This document shows, piece by piece, positions 11,622 through 21,150 of a stretch of DNA of 64,000 bases. The translations under genes were made by a program, and so were the position numbers. Every line of letters begins with the position of its first letter. Within the stretch, counting starts at the first letter, position 1. Origin of the DNA: Burkholderiales bacterium. GTDB lineage: Bacteria; Pseudomonadota; Gammaproteobacteria; Burkholderiales; SG8-39. The DNA lies in NCBI GenBank assembly GCA_035651575.1, contig DASRFM010000104.1, positions 11,197-75,196 on the forward strand, in the 5' to 3' direction. Below the pieces are notes generated by a model. That model made no database searches. It was not told where the DNA came from and was given only the letters and a program-made list of their open reading frames with translations.

Positions 11622-12221
11622 CTACCACCTTTTGTCCTTCCGCGTCCCCAAGAGCGGCCTGAGCTGCTCGGCGATCGCCTCGCGCGCCCGGAAGATCCTC
11701 GAGCGCACCGTGCCGATCGGGCACTTCATCTGCTCGGCGATCTCCTCGTAGCTCTTGCCCTCGATCTCGCGCAGCTGGATCGCGGTTCTCAATTCCTCAG
11801 GCAGCTTTTCGATCGTTGCGTTCACTGTCGCCGCGATCTCGTTCGACAGCAACAGGCTCTCCGGCGTGTTGATGTCGCGCAGCTGCTCGCCCTCCTCGAA
11901 CCCTTCCGCCTCCTCGGCCTCCACCTCCGTCGAGGTCGGCGCCCGCCGCCCCATGGCCATGAGGTAGTTCTTGGCCGTGTTGATGCCGATCCGGTACAGC
12001 CACGTGTAAAACGCGCTGTCGCCACGGAATGCGGGGAGCGCCCGGTAGGCCTTGATGAACGCTTCCTGCGTCACATCCTCGACCTCGGCCGGATCGCGAA
12101 TGAAGCGCGACAGGAGCCGCCCCAGCTTGCGCTGGTACTTCTCCACGAGCAGGTTGAACGCCTGCTTGTCGCCGCGCTGCGCCCGCTCGACCAGCCGCTG
12201 GTCGATCTCGCGGTCGCTCAC
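11622..12221 (-). CDS. rpoE: ECF RNA polymerase sigma factor RpoE/AlgU
   Basis: DQRLVERAQRGDKQAFNLLVEKYQRKL...FYTWLYRIGINTAKN...SYEEIAEQMKCPIGTVRSRIFRAREA. A GTG at 12221 gives the canonical N-terminus. The track ORF starts at 12248. Confidence 0.9.
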   Translation of the reverse strand: MSDREIDQRLVERAQRGDKQAFNLLVEKYQRKLGRLLSRFIRDPAEVEDVTQEAFIKAYRALPAFRGDSAFYTWLYRIGINTAKNYLMAMGRRAPTSTEVEAEEAEGFEEGEQLRDINTPESLLLSNEIAATVNATIEKLPEELRTAIQLREIEGKSYEEIAEQMKCPIGTVRSRIFRAREAIAEQLRPLLGTRKDKRW

Positions 12222-12260
12222 GAGGGCTCCCCACCCTCCGGTTCGCAACGCCTATGTGCC

Positions 12261-12288
12261 ACAGACATTCGCACTTGGAAATAGTTCG
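12261..12288 (-). promoter_or_regulatory. candidate sigma-E (ECF) autoregulated promoter of rpoE
   Basis: Minus strand reads cGAACTA-N16-TCTGT. The -35 box is at 12282-12287 and the -10 box at 12261-12265, about 40 nt upstream of the rpoE start. It resembles the GGAACTT-N16/17-TCnnA consensus. Confidence 0.5.
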
Positions 12289-12308
12289 ACGACGTGAAGG
12301 GGTATGTC

Positions 12309-12749
12309 TTAGGCAGGCAGTTGCTTCGCCGCCACGGGCAGCTTGCCCCAGAGCGCCCACAGGCGCAGCAGGCGGAACGAATCGGCGGAAAGCATGTCGC
12401 GCGAGACGAGGACCGTGCGCCGCACCGGCGCGCCGAGCGGCAGGCTGACGGCCAGGCGGCTGACATAGCGGCGCGCGCCCACCGCAGCGGCGAGCCGGCG
12501 GCCGTCACGCAGCTCCACCGAGGCGCCGCCCTCGTCCAGCTCGATCGCGCGAATGGAGGCCGGCGAGCCGAGCAGCGCCCGCAGCCATGCCGAAGCGACG
12601 CCGAGGGCGAAGACGGCCGCCGCCAGCAGCGCGCCGGCGATGCCGGGCGCGACCATCACGATGCACGCCGCGGCGGCGGCGTGCAGGAGGACGATCAGCG
12701 CCGCGAGGGGCGCCGAAGGGGCGAGCTCGAGCCGCAGCCGGGCGCTCAA
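12309..12749 (-). CDS. YgfX/CptA-like small inner-membrane protein (tentative)
   Basis: TTG start overlaps the fabF stop (TTGA). Two hydrophobic helices (PLAALIVLLHAAAAACIVMV, GALLAAAVFALGVASAW). The tail LVSRDMLSADSFRLLRLWALWG resembles the E. coli YgfX C-terminus. Confidence 0.45.
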   Translation of the reverse strand: MSARLRLELAPSAPLAALIVLLHAAAAACIVMVAPGIAGALLAAAVFALGVASAWLRALLGSPASIRAIELDEGGASVELRDGRRLAAAVGARRYVSRLAVSLPLGAPVRRTVLVSRDMLSADSFRLLRLWALWGKLPVAAKQLPA

Positions 12750-13984
12750 AGCTTTGCGAACACCAGGGTTCCGTTGGTGCCGCCGAAGCCGAAGGAGTTG
12801 GAGAGCGCGACGCGGATCGGCATCTTGCGCGCCGTATTCGGCACGTAGTCCAGGTCGCACTCGGGGTCCGGCGTGCGCAGGTTGATGGTCGGCGGCGAGA
12901 CCTGGTCGCGCAGCGCGAGGATGCTGAACACCGCCTCGACGCCGCCCGCGGCGCCGAGCAGGTGCCCGGTCATGGACTTGGTCGAGTTCACGGCCACCTT
13001 GCCGGCGCGCTCGCCCAGCAGCTTGCGGATCGCGCGCGTCTCGGCGACATCGCCGAGCGGAGTCGAGGTGCCATGCGCGTTGATGTAGTCGATCTGCTCC
13101 GCCTTCAGCCCGGAATCCTTCAGCGCATTGCGCATGGCGCGGAACCCGCCGTCGCCATCCTCCGGCGGCGCGGTCATGTGGAACGCGTCCGCCGAGACGC
13201 CGTATCCAGCCACCTCGCAGTAGATCTTCGCGCCTCGCGCCCTGGCGTGCTCGTACTCCTCGAGCACCACGGCGCCCGCGCCCTCCCCCAGGACGAACCC
13301 GTCGCGGTCCTTGTCCCATGGGCGGCTCGCCGTGGCGGGATCGTCGTTGCGCGTCGAGAGCGCGCGCGCGGCGGCGAATCCGCCGACCGCGAGCTCGGTC
13401 ACAACCGCTTCGGCGCCCCCGGCGATCATGACGTCGGCGTCGCCGTAGCGCACGGACTTCGCCGCCTCGCCGATGCAGTGCGTCGAGGTGGTGCACGCGG
13501 TCACCATGGCGAGGTTGGGCCCTTTCGCGCCGACCTCGATCGAGAGCAGCCCGGCGATCATGTTGATGATGGTTCCGGGAATGAAGAACGGCGAGATGCG
13601 CCGCGGCCCGTTCTTGTCGAGCTCGTCCTTCATCGCCTCGATGAGCGGCAGGCCGCCGATGCCCGAGCCGAAGTTGACCCCGACGCGCTCGGCGTTGTCC
13701 GGCATCACCTGCAGCGCGCAGTCGCGCCAGGCCTGCAGGCCGGCCGCCATCCCGTAGTGGATGAAGAGGTCCATGCGCCGCGCTTCCTTGGGCGACATGT
13801 ACGGCGAGACATCGAAGCCCTTCACCTCGCCGGCGATCTGGCTGGCGAGGCGGGACGGATCGAAGCGGCTGATGCGGGTGATGCCGGGCGTGCCGGCGAG
13901 CGCGCTATCCCAGGCCTGCTGAACCGTGTTTCCGAGGGGGCATACGATGCCGAGGCCGGTGACGACGACTCGCCGGCGGGTCAC
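12746..13984 (-). CDS. fabF: 3-oxoacyl-ACP synthase II
   Basis: 412 aa, [11 protein letters not shown]...[12 protein letters not shown]...[11 protein letters not shown]...[10 protein letters not shown]. Confidence 0.95.
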   Translation of the reverse strand: MTRRRVVVTGLGIVCPLGNTVQQAWDSALAGTPGITRISRFDPSRLASQIAGEVKGFDVSPYMSPKEARRMDLFIHYGMAAGLQAWRDCALQVMPDNAERVGVNFGSGIGGLPLIEAMKDELDKNGPRRISPFFIPGTIINMIAGLLSIEVGAKGPNLAMVTACTTSTHCIGEAAKSVRYGDADVMIAGGAEAVVTELAVGGFAAARALSTRNDDPATASRPWDKDRDGFVLGEGAGAVVLEEYEHARARGAKIYCEVAGYGVSADAFHMTAPPEDGDGGFRAMRNALKDSGLKAEQIDYINAHGTSTPLGDVAETRAIRKLLGERAGKVAVNSTKSMTGHLLGAAGGVEAVFSILALRDQVSPPTINLRTPDPECDLDYVPNTARKMPIRVALSNSFGFGGTNGTLVFAKL

Positions 13985-14220
13985 TGTTTCGCGTGCGCCT
14001 TGATGTAGTCGACCGCCTGCTGCACGGTGGTGATCTTCTCGGCCTCCTCGTCCGGGATCTCGGTCTCGAATTCCTCCTCGAGCGCCATCACGAGCTCGAC
14101 GGTGTCGAGCGAATCGGCGCCCAGGTCGTCGACGAACGAGGATTCGTTCTTGATCTCTGCTTCGTTCACGCCGAGCTGCTCGGCAATGATCTTCTTGACG
14201 CGTTGTTCTACGTTCTCCAT
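13981..14220 (-). CDS. acpP: acyl carrier protein
   Basis: 79 aa with the [19 protein letters not shown] phosphopantetheine site. Confidence 0.97.
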   Translation of the reverse strand: MENVEQRVKKIIAEQLGVNEAEIKNESSFVDDLGADSLDTVELVMALEEEFETEIPDEEAEKITTVQQAVDYIKAHAKQ

Positions 14221-14283
14221 TTCGCGCTCCTAGAGGGTCAAGAGGGGCGGTGCGGCATTGAGAGGGGCGCTATTTTACGACAC

Positions 14284-14994
14284 TTAAGACATGTACATGC
14301 CGCCGTTCACGTGCAGGACCGCGCCCGTCACGTAACCGGCGAGCGGCGACGCGAGGAATGCGACTGCGGCGGCGACGTCCTCCGGCGTGCCGAGGCGCCC
14401 GAGCGGAATGTGGCCAAGCAGCGCCTTCCTCTGCTCCTCGGAGAGCGCGCGCGTCATGTCCGTGTCGATGAATCCCGGCGCGACGCAGTTCACCGTGATG
14501 CTGCGGCTGCCGAGCTCGGCGGCGAGCGACTTCGTCATGCCGACGACGCCGGCCTTCGCCGCCGCGTAGTTCGCCTGGCCGGGATTGCCCGCCGCGCCCA
14601 CCACCGACGTGATGTTGATGATCCGCCCCCAGCGCGCCTTCATCATGCCGCGCATCACCGCGCGCGAGAGGCGGAACACCGCGCGCAGGTTCGTGTTGAT
14701 CACTTCGTCGAAATCCTCGTCCTTCATGCGCAGGGCAAGGTTGTCGCGCGTGATGCCGGCGTTGTTGACGAGGATCAGCACGTCGCCGAGCTCCTTGATG
14801 AGCGCGTCGCACGCCGCCGCGTCCTTCACGTCAAGCTTCTTGCCGGTCAAGCCCGGCGCAGCGATGCCTTGCGCGCCGGAATCGGTCGTCGCAGTGCCCA
14901 CGACCCGGGCGCCCTGCTTCGCGAGCTCGAGCGCGATCGCGCGGCCGATGCCGCGCGAGGCGCCGGTGACCAGGGCTAGCTTGCCTTCAAGCAT
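14284..14994 (-). CDS. fabG: 3-oxoacyl-ACP reductase
   Basis: Trimmed to [25 protein letters not shown] and YAAAKAG (YxxxK) motifs. 236 aa. Confidence 0.93.
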   Translation of the reverse strand: MLEGKLALVTGASRGIGRAIALELAKQGARVVGTATTDSGAQGIAAPGLTGKKLDVKDAAACDALIKELGDVLILVNNAGITRDNLALRMKDEDFDEVINTNLRAVFRLSRAVMRGMMKARWGRIINITSVVGAAGNPGQANYAAAKAGVVGMTKSLAAELGSRSITVNCVAPGFIDTDMTRALSEEQRKALLGHIPLGRLGTPEDVAAAVAFLASPLAGYVTGAVLHVNGGMYMS

Positions 14995-15905
14995 GCGAGG
15001 GCTTCCTCGAGCGATTTGCGGTCGGCGAGCGCAAACGACTGCGCCTCGGGCGCGATCCGCTTCGTCAGGCCGGCGAGCACTTTCCCCGGGCCGCATTCCA
15101 CCACGTGGGTCACGCCCTCCGCGAGCATGCGCCGGATGACTTCCACCCAGCGCACGGCCGAGTAGGCCTGGCGCACGAGCGCGTGGCGGATATCGTCCGG
15201 GCGCGCCTCGATCTTCACGTCCACGTTGTTGACGAGGGGGATGAGCGGCGCGCTCACCGTGATCTTCTGCAGCTCGACCTTGAGGCGCTCCCCGGCGGGC
15301 TTGAGCAGGCTCGAATGGAACGGCGCGCTCACGGGCAACGGCAGGGCGCGTTTCGCCCCGCGCGCCTTGCACTGCTCGATCGCGCGCTCCACCGCGGCCT
15401 TCTCGCCCGCGATGACGACCTGGCCGGGCGCGTTGAAGTTCACGGCTTCCACGATCCCGCCGGCCGCGGCGCAGGCTTCGCGCACCTTGTCGTCGTCGAG
15501 ATTGAGAATCGCCGCCATGGCGCCCTGCCCCGCGGGCACGGCTTCCTGCATCGCGCTCGCTCGCAGGCGAACGAGCGGCAGCGCATCGCGGAACGCCAGC
15601 GCGCCGGCGGCCACGAGAGCCGTATATTCGCCCAGGCTGTGCCCCGCGACGAGGTGGGGCTTCGGGCCGCCGAGGCCGCACCAGGCGCGATAGGCCGCGT
15701 AGCCCGCGGTCAGCATCGCGGGCTGGGTGTTCACCGTCTGGTTCAGCTGCTCCGCGGGCCCTTCATCCAGCAGCGATGCGAACCCACCGCCCAGGATGGC
15801 GCGCGCTTCCGCCACCACGGCGTCTACGTCGGGAAGGCCGGCGTAGGCCTTCAGCATCCCGACCGACTGCGAGCCCTGCCCCGGAAAGACGAATGCGATC
15901 TTCAT
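14976..15905 (-). CDS. fabD: malonyl-CoA:ACP transacylase
   Basis: 309 aa, FVFPGQGSQ...GHSLGEY active-site Ser box. Confidence 0.95.
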   Translation of the reverse strand: MKIAFVFPGQGSQSVGMLKAYAGLPDVDAVVAEARAILGGGFASLLDEGPAEQLNQTVNTQPAMLTAGYAAYRAWCGLGGPKPHLVAGHSLGEYTALVAAGALAFRDALPLVRLRASAMQEAVPAGQGAMAAILNLDDDKVREACAAAGGIVEAVNFNAPGQVVIAGEKAAVERAIEQCKARGAKRALPLPVSAPFHSSLLKPAGERLKVELQKITVSAPLIPLVNNVDVKIEARPDDIRHALVRQAYSAVRWVEVIRRMLAEGVTHVVECGPGKVLAGLTKRIAPEAQSFALADRKSLEEALACLKAS

Positions 15906-16861
15906 AGCGTGGCGAGCGTGGCGCCCCAGGTGAAGCCGCCGCCAACGCCCTGCATGAGCACGCGGTGGCCGGCGCGGATGGTTCCGGCGCGGACATATTC
16001 ATCGAGCGCAAGAGGAACCGAAGCGGCGGAAGTGTTGCCGTGGTGGTCGACCGTGACGACCAGCTTCTCGCGCGGCACGCCGAGCTTGCGCGCGGTCGCA
16101 TCGAGGATGCGCACGTTCGCCTGGTGCGGGATGAGCCAGTCGACATCCTCGATCGCCATGCCGGCCGCGGCCACCGTCTCGCGCGCCACCTCGTCGAGCA
16201 CCTTCACCGCGAACTTGAACACGCCCTGGCCGTTCATCTGCAGATACGGCGAGCCGATGATCCGGCCGCGCGACACGTTGCCCGGCACCGACAGCATCTG
16301 CACCTGGCTGCCGTCGGCGTGCAGCACGCTCGCGTGGATGCCCGGCTTCGAGTCCGCGGCCAGCACCACGGCGCCCGCGCCGTCGCCGAAAAGCACGCAG
16401 GTGCCGCGGTCGTTCCAGTCGAGGATGCGCGAGAACACCTCCGCACCGACGACAAGGGCCTTCTTGGCATTGCCGCTCTTCACGAAATTGTCTGCCACGG
16501 AAAGGCCGTAGACGAAGCCGCTGCACACCGCCTGCAGGTCGAACGCGGCGCAGCCCTTCACGCCGAGCTTCGCCTGCAGGATGCACGCGGTGCTCGGAAA
16601 GATGAAGTCGGGCGTCGAGGTCGCAACGAGGATCAGGTCGAGCTCGTCGGCGCGTACGCCGGCGGCCTGCAGCGCCCGCCGGGACGCTTCCAGCGCCAGG
16701 TCGCTCGAGGCCTGCGACTCGTCGGCGATGTGGCGCCGCGCGATGCCGGTGCGCTCGCGGATCCAGGCGTCGCTCGTGTCCAGGCGCGCCGCGAACTCGT
16801 CGTTCGCCATGACGCGCGGCGGAAGGTAGCTGCCGGTGCCGGCGATGCGCGAGCAGATCAT
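15902..16861 (-). CDS. fabH: 3-oxoacyl-ACP synthase III
   Basis: Trimmed to [31 protein letters not shown] active-site Cys, HQAN, GGGFTWG. Confidence 0.95.
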   Translation of the reverse strand: MICSRIAGTGSYLPPRVMANDEFAARLDTSDAWIRERTGIARRHIADESQASSDLALEASRRALQAAGVRADELDLILVATSTPDFIFPSTACILQAKLGVKGCAAFDLQAVCSGFVYGLSVADNFVKSGNAKKALVVGAEVFSRILDWNDRGTCVLFGDGAGAVVLAADSKPGIHASVLHADGSQVQMLSVPGNVSRGRIIGSPYLQMNGQGVFKFAVKVLDEVARETVAAAGMAIEDVDWLIPHQANVRILDATARKLGVPREKLVVTVDHHGNTSAASVPLALDEYVRAGTIRAGHRVLMQGVGGGFTWGATLATL

Positions 16862-17838
16862 GCGCTGTGCGCCGGAAGCTCGGCCATCCGGTCCGCGATG
16901 CGCTGCGGCACGCCGTTCTTCACCTCTTCGATGGCGCGCGCCACCGCGTGCCCGAAGGCGTGGCGGTCGGCGGAGCCATGGCTCTTGATGACGATGCCGC
17001 GCAGCCCGAGCAGGCTCGCGCCGTTGTAGCGGCCCGGGTCCATGCGGGCGCGCAATGCGTTGAACACCGGCGTCGCCATCCACGCCACCGCCATGCGCCA
17101 CGGGCTGCGCCGGAACTCGCCGCGCAGGAAGGAGAACAGCATTTTCGCCACGCCTTCGGAGGCCTTCAGCACCGAATTGCCGACGAAGCCGTCGCACACC
17201 ACCACGTCCGTCGTCCCCTTGTAGATGTCATCGCCCTCGACGTTGCCGTGGAAGTTCAGGCCGCTCGCGCGCAGCAGCTCGGCAGCCTGCTTCACGGTCT
17301 CGTTGCCCTTGATGTCCTCGACGCCGATGTTGAGCAGCCCGACCGAGGGCCGCTCCTTGTGCTCCACCGCTGCCACCAGCATCGCGCCCATCACGCCGAA
17401 CTGCATGAGCTGCTCGGGCGAGCAGTCCACGTTCGCGCCGAGGTCCAGCACGTAGGTGAAGCCGCCCTTCATGTTCGGCAGCACGGAGGCGATCGCCGGC
17501 CGGTCGATGCCCGGAAGCGTCTTCAGCACGAAGCGCGAGATCGCCATGAGCGCGCCGGTGTTGCCGGCGCTGACGCAGGCGTGCGCCGCGCCGCTCTTCA
17601 CCAGGTTCACCGCCTCGCGCATCGAGGAATGCTTCTTGTAGCGCAGCGCCTGCGCCGGCGGCTCGTGCATCTCGACGACTTCCTGCGCGTGGTGGATGCG
17701 CACGCCGGAGGCGGCGGCGCGCACGTGCGGCTCGATCGCCTCCTTCCGGCCGACCAGGACGAGCTCGATCCCGGCGCGCTGCGCCTGGACGTCGAGCGCA
17801 GCCGGCACCGTCACATGGGGGCCGTGATCGCCTCCCAT
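16858..17838 (-). CDS. plsX: phosphate acyltransferase PlsX
   Basis: MGGDHGP... to the C-terminus. The conserved N-terminal block (L)ITVAVDC continues in frame upstream to 17862, so the real start is probably non-ATG (see findings). Confidence 0.9.
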   Translation of the reverse strand: MGGDHGPHVTVPAALDVQAQRAGIELVLVGRKEAIEPHVRAAASGVRIHHAQEVVEMHEPPAQALRYKKHSSMREAVNLVKSGAAHACVSAGNTGALMAISRFVLKTLPGIDRPAIASVLPNMKGGFTYVLDLGANVDCSPEQLMQFGVMGAMLVAAVEHKERPSVGLLNIGVEDIKGNETVKQAAELLRASGLNFHGNVEGDDIYKGTTDVVVCDGFVGNSVLKASEGVAKMLFSFLRGEFRRSPWRMAVAWMATPVFNALRARMDPGRYNGASLLGLRGIVIKSHGSADRHAFGHAVARAIEEVKNGVPQRIADRMAELPAHSA

Positions 17839-17867
17839 GCAATCGACGGCAACCGTGATCAGCGGCC

Positions 17868-18047
17868 TTACTCGCCTTTGGTTTTGACGACCTTCTTGCC
17901 GCGGTAGAAGCCGGTCGGGCTCACGTGGTGGCGCAGGTGCGTTTCCCCCGTGGTCGGCTCGACGGCGATCGCGGGCCCGGAGAGATGGTCATGCGAGCGG
18001 TGCATCCCGCGGCGCGAAGGCGACTTCTTGTTCTGCTGGACTGCCAT
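17868..18047 (-). CDS. rpmF: 50S ribosomal protein L32
   Basis: Not in the ORF track (59 aa). Hand translation: [63 protein letters not shown] lies 7 nt upstream of the ATG. yceD-rpmF-plsX synteny. Confidence 0.93.
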   Translation of the reverse strand: MAVQQNKKSPSRRGMHRSHDHLSGPAIAVEPTTGETHLRHHVSPTGFYRGKKVVKTKGE

Positions 18048-18063
18048 TTCGTTGCTCCTTTTC

Positions 18064-18564
18064 TCAGTGTTTCTGCGTGCTGCGCAGCATCCCGCGCAGC
18101 CCGGCGAACGGCGAGCGCCGGCCCTCGTGCGCCTCGCCCGCCTCCGCCGCGCACGCCGCGTGGCGCGGCGCGTACGGCGCCTCGAGGAGGAGCTCGTCCT
18201 CCACGAGGTCGCGCAGCGCCATGTCCTTCGCGGCGAGCACGCGGTCGGGCGACGCCACGTCGGCCGGCTCGGCGTCGATCTCGGCCTGCGTCGCCGCGAG
18301 CACGAGAAGCGCCTGGTGGTCCACCTGCCACGGCATCGCTTCCAGGCAGCGCTGGCAGCGCAACTGCAGCGTTCCGCGCACGCTCACGCGCAAGCTCGGG
18401 CGCCCGCGCGCGTCGCGCGTGCCCTGTACCGCGTAGGCGACTTCCCCTGCGTCGGAAGCAAGCTGGTCCTTCAGCCGCGTAAACTCGCGGACCGGCAGGA
18501 CCCCTTGCTGCGTTGCGCCGGCCGACGCGAACTCGAAGCCGTCGATGACCGGCTGGTGCGACAT
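18064..18564 (-). CDS. yceD: YceD-family (DUF177) protein
   Basis: 166 aa. CQRCLEAM Cys pair and an acidic DELLLEAP tail. Conserved position upstream of rpmF. Confidence 0.8.
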   Translation of the reverse strand: MSHQPVIDGFEFASAGATQQGVLPVREFTRLKDQLASDAGEVAYAVQGTRDARGRPSLRVSVRGTLQLRCQRCLEAMPWQVDHQALLVLAATQAEIDAEPADVASPDRVLAAKDMALRDLVEDELLLEAPYAPRHAACAAEAGEAHEGRRSPFAGLRGMLRSTQKH

Positions 18565-18612
18565 AAACGCTGCATCATATCATTTTGGAAGAATCCTCGC
18601 CAAAACAAAGCG

Positions 18613-19200
18613 ATGCCTGACCCCAGGAAGCTCGTTCTCGGCTCCACTTCGCGCTACCGCAAGGAGCTTCTCGAGCGCCTCGGGCTGCCCTTCGAGACTG
18701 CGGCGCCCGAGTGCGACGAGACGCCGCATCCCGGCGAGGCGCCGGGCGCGACGGCGCTGCGCCTTGCGGCCGAAAAGGCGCGCTCGCTCGTCAAGCGCTA
18801 TCCCGATGCGCTCATCATCGGCTCGGACCAGGTGGCCTGGGGCGCCGGCGTGCGGCTGGACAAGCCCGGCGACCACGACAATGCCCTGCGGCAGCTGAAG
18901 GCGTTGAGCGGCAAGAAGGCCGAGTTCCATACCGCCGTCTGCCTGCTGGATGCCCGGACGGGCCAGGAGCACACCGCGCTCGTCCTGTGCCGCGTGAGCT
19001 TCAGGGCGCTCGACGAGGCGCGAATCGAGCGCTACCTGCGCCGCGAGCAGCCCTACGATTGCGCCGCGAGCGCCAAGGCCGAGGGGCTGGGCATCGCGCT
19101 GCTCTCGCGCATCGAGACCGAGGACCCGACCTCGCTGATCGGGCTGCCGCTGATCGCGCTCAGCGGCATGCTCGAGCGCGCGGGCCTGCCGCCGGTTTGA
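18613..19200 (+). CDS. maf: Maf-family nucleoside triphosphate pyrophosphatase (YceF-like)
   Basis: Trimmed to MPDPRKLVLGSTSRYRKELLERLGLPF. Blocks GSDQV and KAEGLGIALL. Divergent from yceD, as in many Proteobacteria. Confidence 0.85.
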   Translation: MPDPRKLVLGSTSRYRKELLERLGLPFETAAPECDETPHPGEAPGATALRLAAEKARSLVKRYPDALIIGSDQVAWGAGVRLDKPGDHDNALRQLKALSGKKAEFHTAVCLLDARTGQEHTALVLCRVSFRALDEARIERYLRREQPYDCAASAKAEGLGIALLSRIETEDPTSLIGLPLIALSGMLERAGLPPV

Positions 19201-19868
19201 TCCTCTACGCCATCCCGACGCCGCTGGGCGGCAGGGCGAAGGATGCGCTGCCTTTGCCCGCGCTCGAGATCCTTTCCTCCCTGACGGACTTCGTCGTCGA
19301 GAACGCGAAGAGCGCGCGCGCGTTCCTCGCCGACGCAGGCCTGCCGGTGCGCGGGCTCTCGATCGTGGAGATCGACAAGGCCGGGGATGCGCTGAAGCCG
19401 CTGCGCGAAGGCCGCAACCTCGGCCTGCTCTCCGAAGCAGGCTGCCCCGCCATCGCCGATCCCGGCGCGGCGCTCGTAGAAGCCGCGCATGCCGCCGGCT
19501 TTCGCGTCGTGCCGCTCGTCGGGCCATCCTCCATCGTCCTCGCCCTCATGGCGTCGGGCCTTGAGGGCCAGCGCTTCGCCTTCTGCGGCTACGTGCCGCG
19601 CGAGGCCGGCCCGAGGGAAAAAAGGATCAGGGAGCTGGAGACGCGCTCGCGCCGGGAAGGCGAGACGCAGATCTTCATCGAGACGCCCTACCGGAGCGAT
19701 GCCCTGCTCGAAGCTCTGCTCTCGACCTGCGCGGACAGGACGCGGCTGTGCGTGGCGGCGGATCTCACGCTGGAAACGGAATGGATCCGCAGCCAGCCCG
19801 TCGCGCAGTGGCGCCGCGCCCGGGCCGCGATCGGGCGGCGCCCGGCGGTATTCCTGCTGCTAGCGTAG
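19197..19868 (+). CDS. SAM-dependent methyltransferase, RsmI-like (tetrapyrrole-methylase fold)
   Basis: TTG start overlaps the maf stop (TTGA). Blocks SEAGCPAIADPGAALV, PLVGPSSIVLALMASGL, FAFCGYVP and IFIETPYR match the RsmI-type family. 223 aa. Confidence 0.7.
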   Translation: MILYAIPTPLGGRAKDALPLPALEILSSLTDFVVENAKSARAFLADAGLPVRGLSIVEIDKAGDALKPLREGRNLGLLSEAGCPAIADPGAALVEAAHAAGFRVVPLVGPSSIVLALMASGLEGQRFAFCGYVPREAGPREKRIRELETRSRREGETQIFIETPYRSDALLEALLSTCADRTRLCVAADLTLETEWIRSQPVAQWRRARAAIGRRPAVFLLLA

Positions 19869-20807
19869 GCCCGGGGCGAAGCGCAGCAGCGTTTCCGAGA
19901 AGCCCGCGGCGGCCGCGGCGCCGAAGCGCTTCGCGAACTTCTCCGCGATATTCTCCTTCTCGGTGTAGTCGATGATGTCCTCGGCCTTGATGACGTCGCG
20001 CGCCACCGAGTCGAGGCTGCCGAGCCCGTCGGCGAGGCCGAGCTCGATGCTCTTCTGCCCCGTCCAGATCAGCCCGCTGAACATGTCGGGCGTCTCCTTC
20101 AGGCGCTTGCCGCGCCCCTCGCGCACCGCGGCGATGAACTGCTGGTGGATCTCTTCGGCGAGCTGCCTGGCGAACGCGGTCTCTTCGGGCTTCTCCGGGC
20201 TGAACGGGTCGAGGAAGCCCTTGTGCTGGCCGGCGGTGATCAGCCGCCGCTCGATGCCGAGCTTGTCCATGAGCCCGGTGAAGCCGAAGCCGTTCATGAG
20301 CACGCCGATCGAGCCGACGAGGCTCGCCTTGCCGACGTAGATGCGGTCCGCGGCGGCGGCGATGAAGTAGCCGCCGGAGGCGCAGATGTCCTCCACCACC
20401 ACGTAGAGCGGGATCTCGGGATACTTCTTGCGCAGGCGGTGCATCTCGTCGTAGATGGTCTGCGCCTGGACCGGGCTGCCGCCGGGGCTGTTGATGCGCA
20501 GGATCACGCCCTGCGTGCCCTTGTCCTCGAACGCCGCCTGCAGCGAGGCGTTGATCTTCTCGGCGCTCGCGTCCGCGCCGGGCGCGATGATGCCGTTGAT
20601 CTCCACCATCGCGGTGTGCCGCTTCCCGGCCATCTCGGCCGCGCCCTTCCAGTCGACCGTCAGCAGGACGAGGATGGTGAGATAGGCGAAGAAGAGCAGC
20701 TTGAAGAAGATGCCCCACATGCGGGAGCGCCGCTGCTCCTTCAGCGCCGCCGTGGCGAGCTTGGTGAGGAGATCGCGTTCCCAGTTGCCGTTGTCAGCCA
20801 TCTGCAA
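19860..20807 (-). CDS. sppA: signal peptide peptidase SppA, 36K type (S49)
   Basis: 315 aa with an N-terminal TM. INSPGGSPVQ, ASGGYFIAAAAD and GSIGV blocks. Confidence 0.85.
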   Translation of the reverse strand: MQMADNGNWERDLLTKLATAALKEQRRSRMWGIFFKLLFFAYLTILVLLTVDWKGAAEMAGKRHTAMVEINGIIAPGADASAEKINASLQAAFEDKGTQGVILRINSPGGSPVQAQTIYDEMHRLRKKYPEIPLYVVVEDICASGGYFIAAAADRIYVGKASLVGSIGVLMNGFGFTGLMDKLGIERRLITAGQHKGFLDPFSPEKPEETAFARQLAEEIHQQFIAAVREGRGKRLKETPDMFSGLIWTGQKSIELGLADGLGSLDSVARDVIKAEDIIDYTEKENIAEKFAKRFGAAAAAGFSETLLRFAPGLR

Positions 20808-21150
20808 ACCCCATGAAATAAACGCCGCCCTCGCGCTCTTCGAGCCTCAGCTTCACGAGTGGAGTGCCGTTGCAAGGCCCGCCGAGGCAGCGTCCGCTGC
20901 GCGGGTCATAGCTTGCGCCGTGCGTCGAGCATAGCAAATCGTGTCCGCCGATCCCGAAAAATACGCCTTCCTGCCAGTCCAGTTCCATCGCGACGTGCGC
21001 GCAGCGGTTGAGGTAGCCGTGCACCTTGCCGGCATAGCGCACCGCGAACGCCGGCGTCACGCGGCCGTCATAGTGGACCTCGAAGCGCACGCCCTGGCCC
21101 GAGTCGGCGAGCGCCCCGGAGGCGCAGATCAGGCGTGCGCGCTCAGCCAC
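20794..21150 (-). CDS. small Rieske [2Fe-2S] domain protein
   Basis: CAHVAMEL...CSTHGASY (CxH...CxxH ligands). The start is uncertain: GTG at 21150 or ATG at 21195, both overlapping the upstream HAD gene. Confidence 0.7.
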   Translation of the reverse strand: MAERARLICASGALADSGQGVRFEVHYDGRVTPAFAVRYAGKVHGYLNRCAHVAMELDWQEGVFFGIGGHDLLCSTHGASYDPRSGRCLGGPCNGTPLVKLRLEEREGGVYFMGFADG

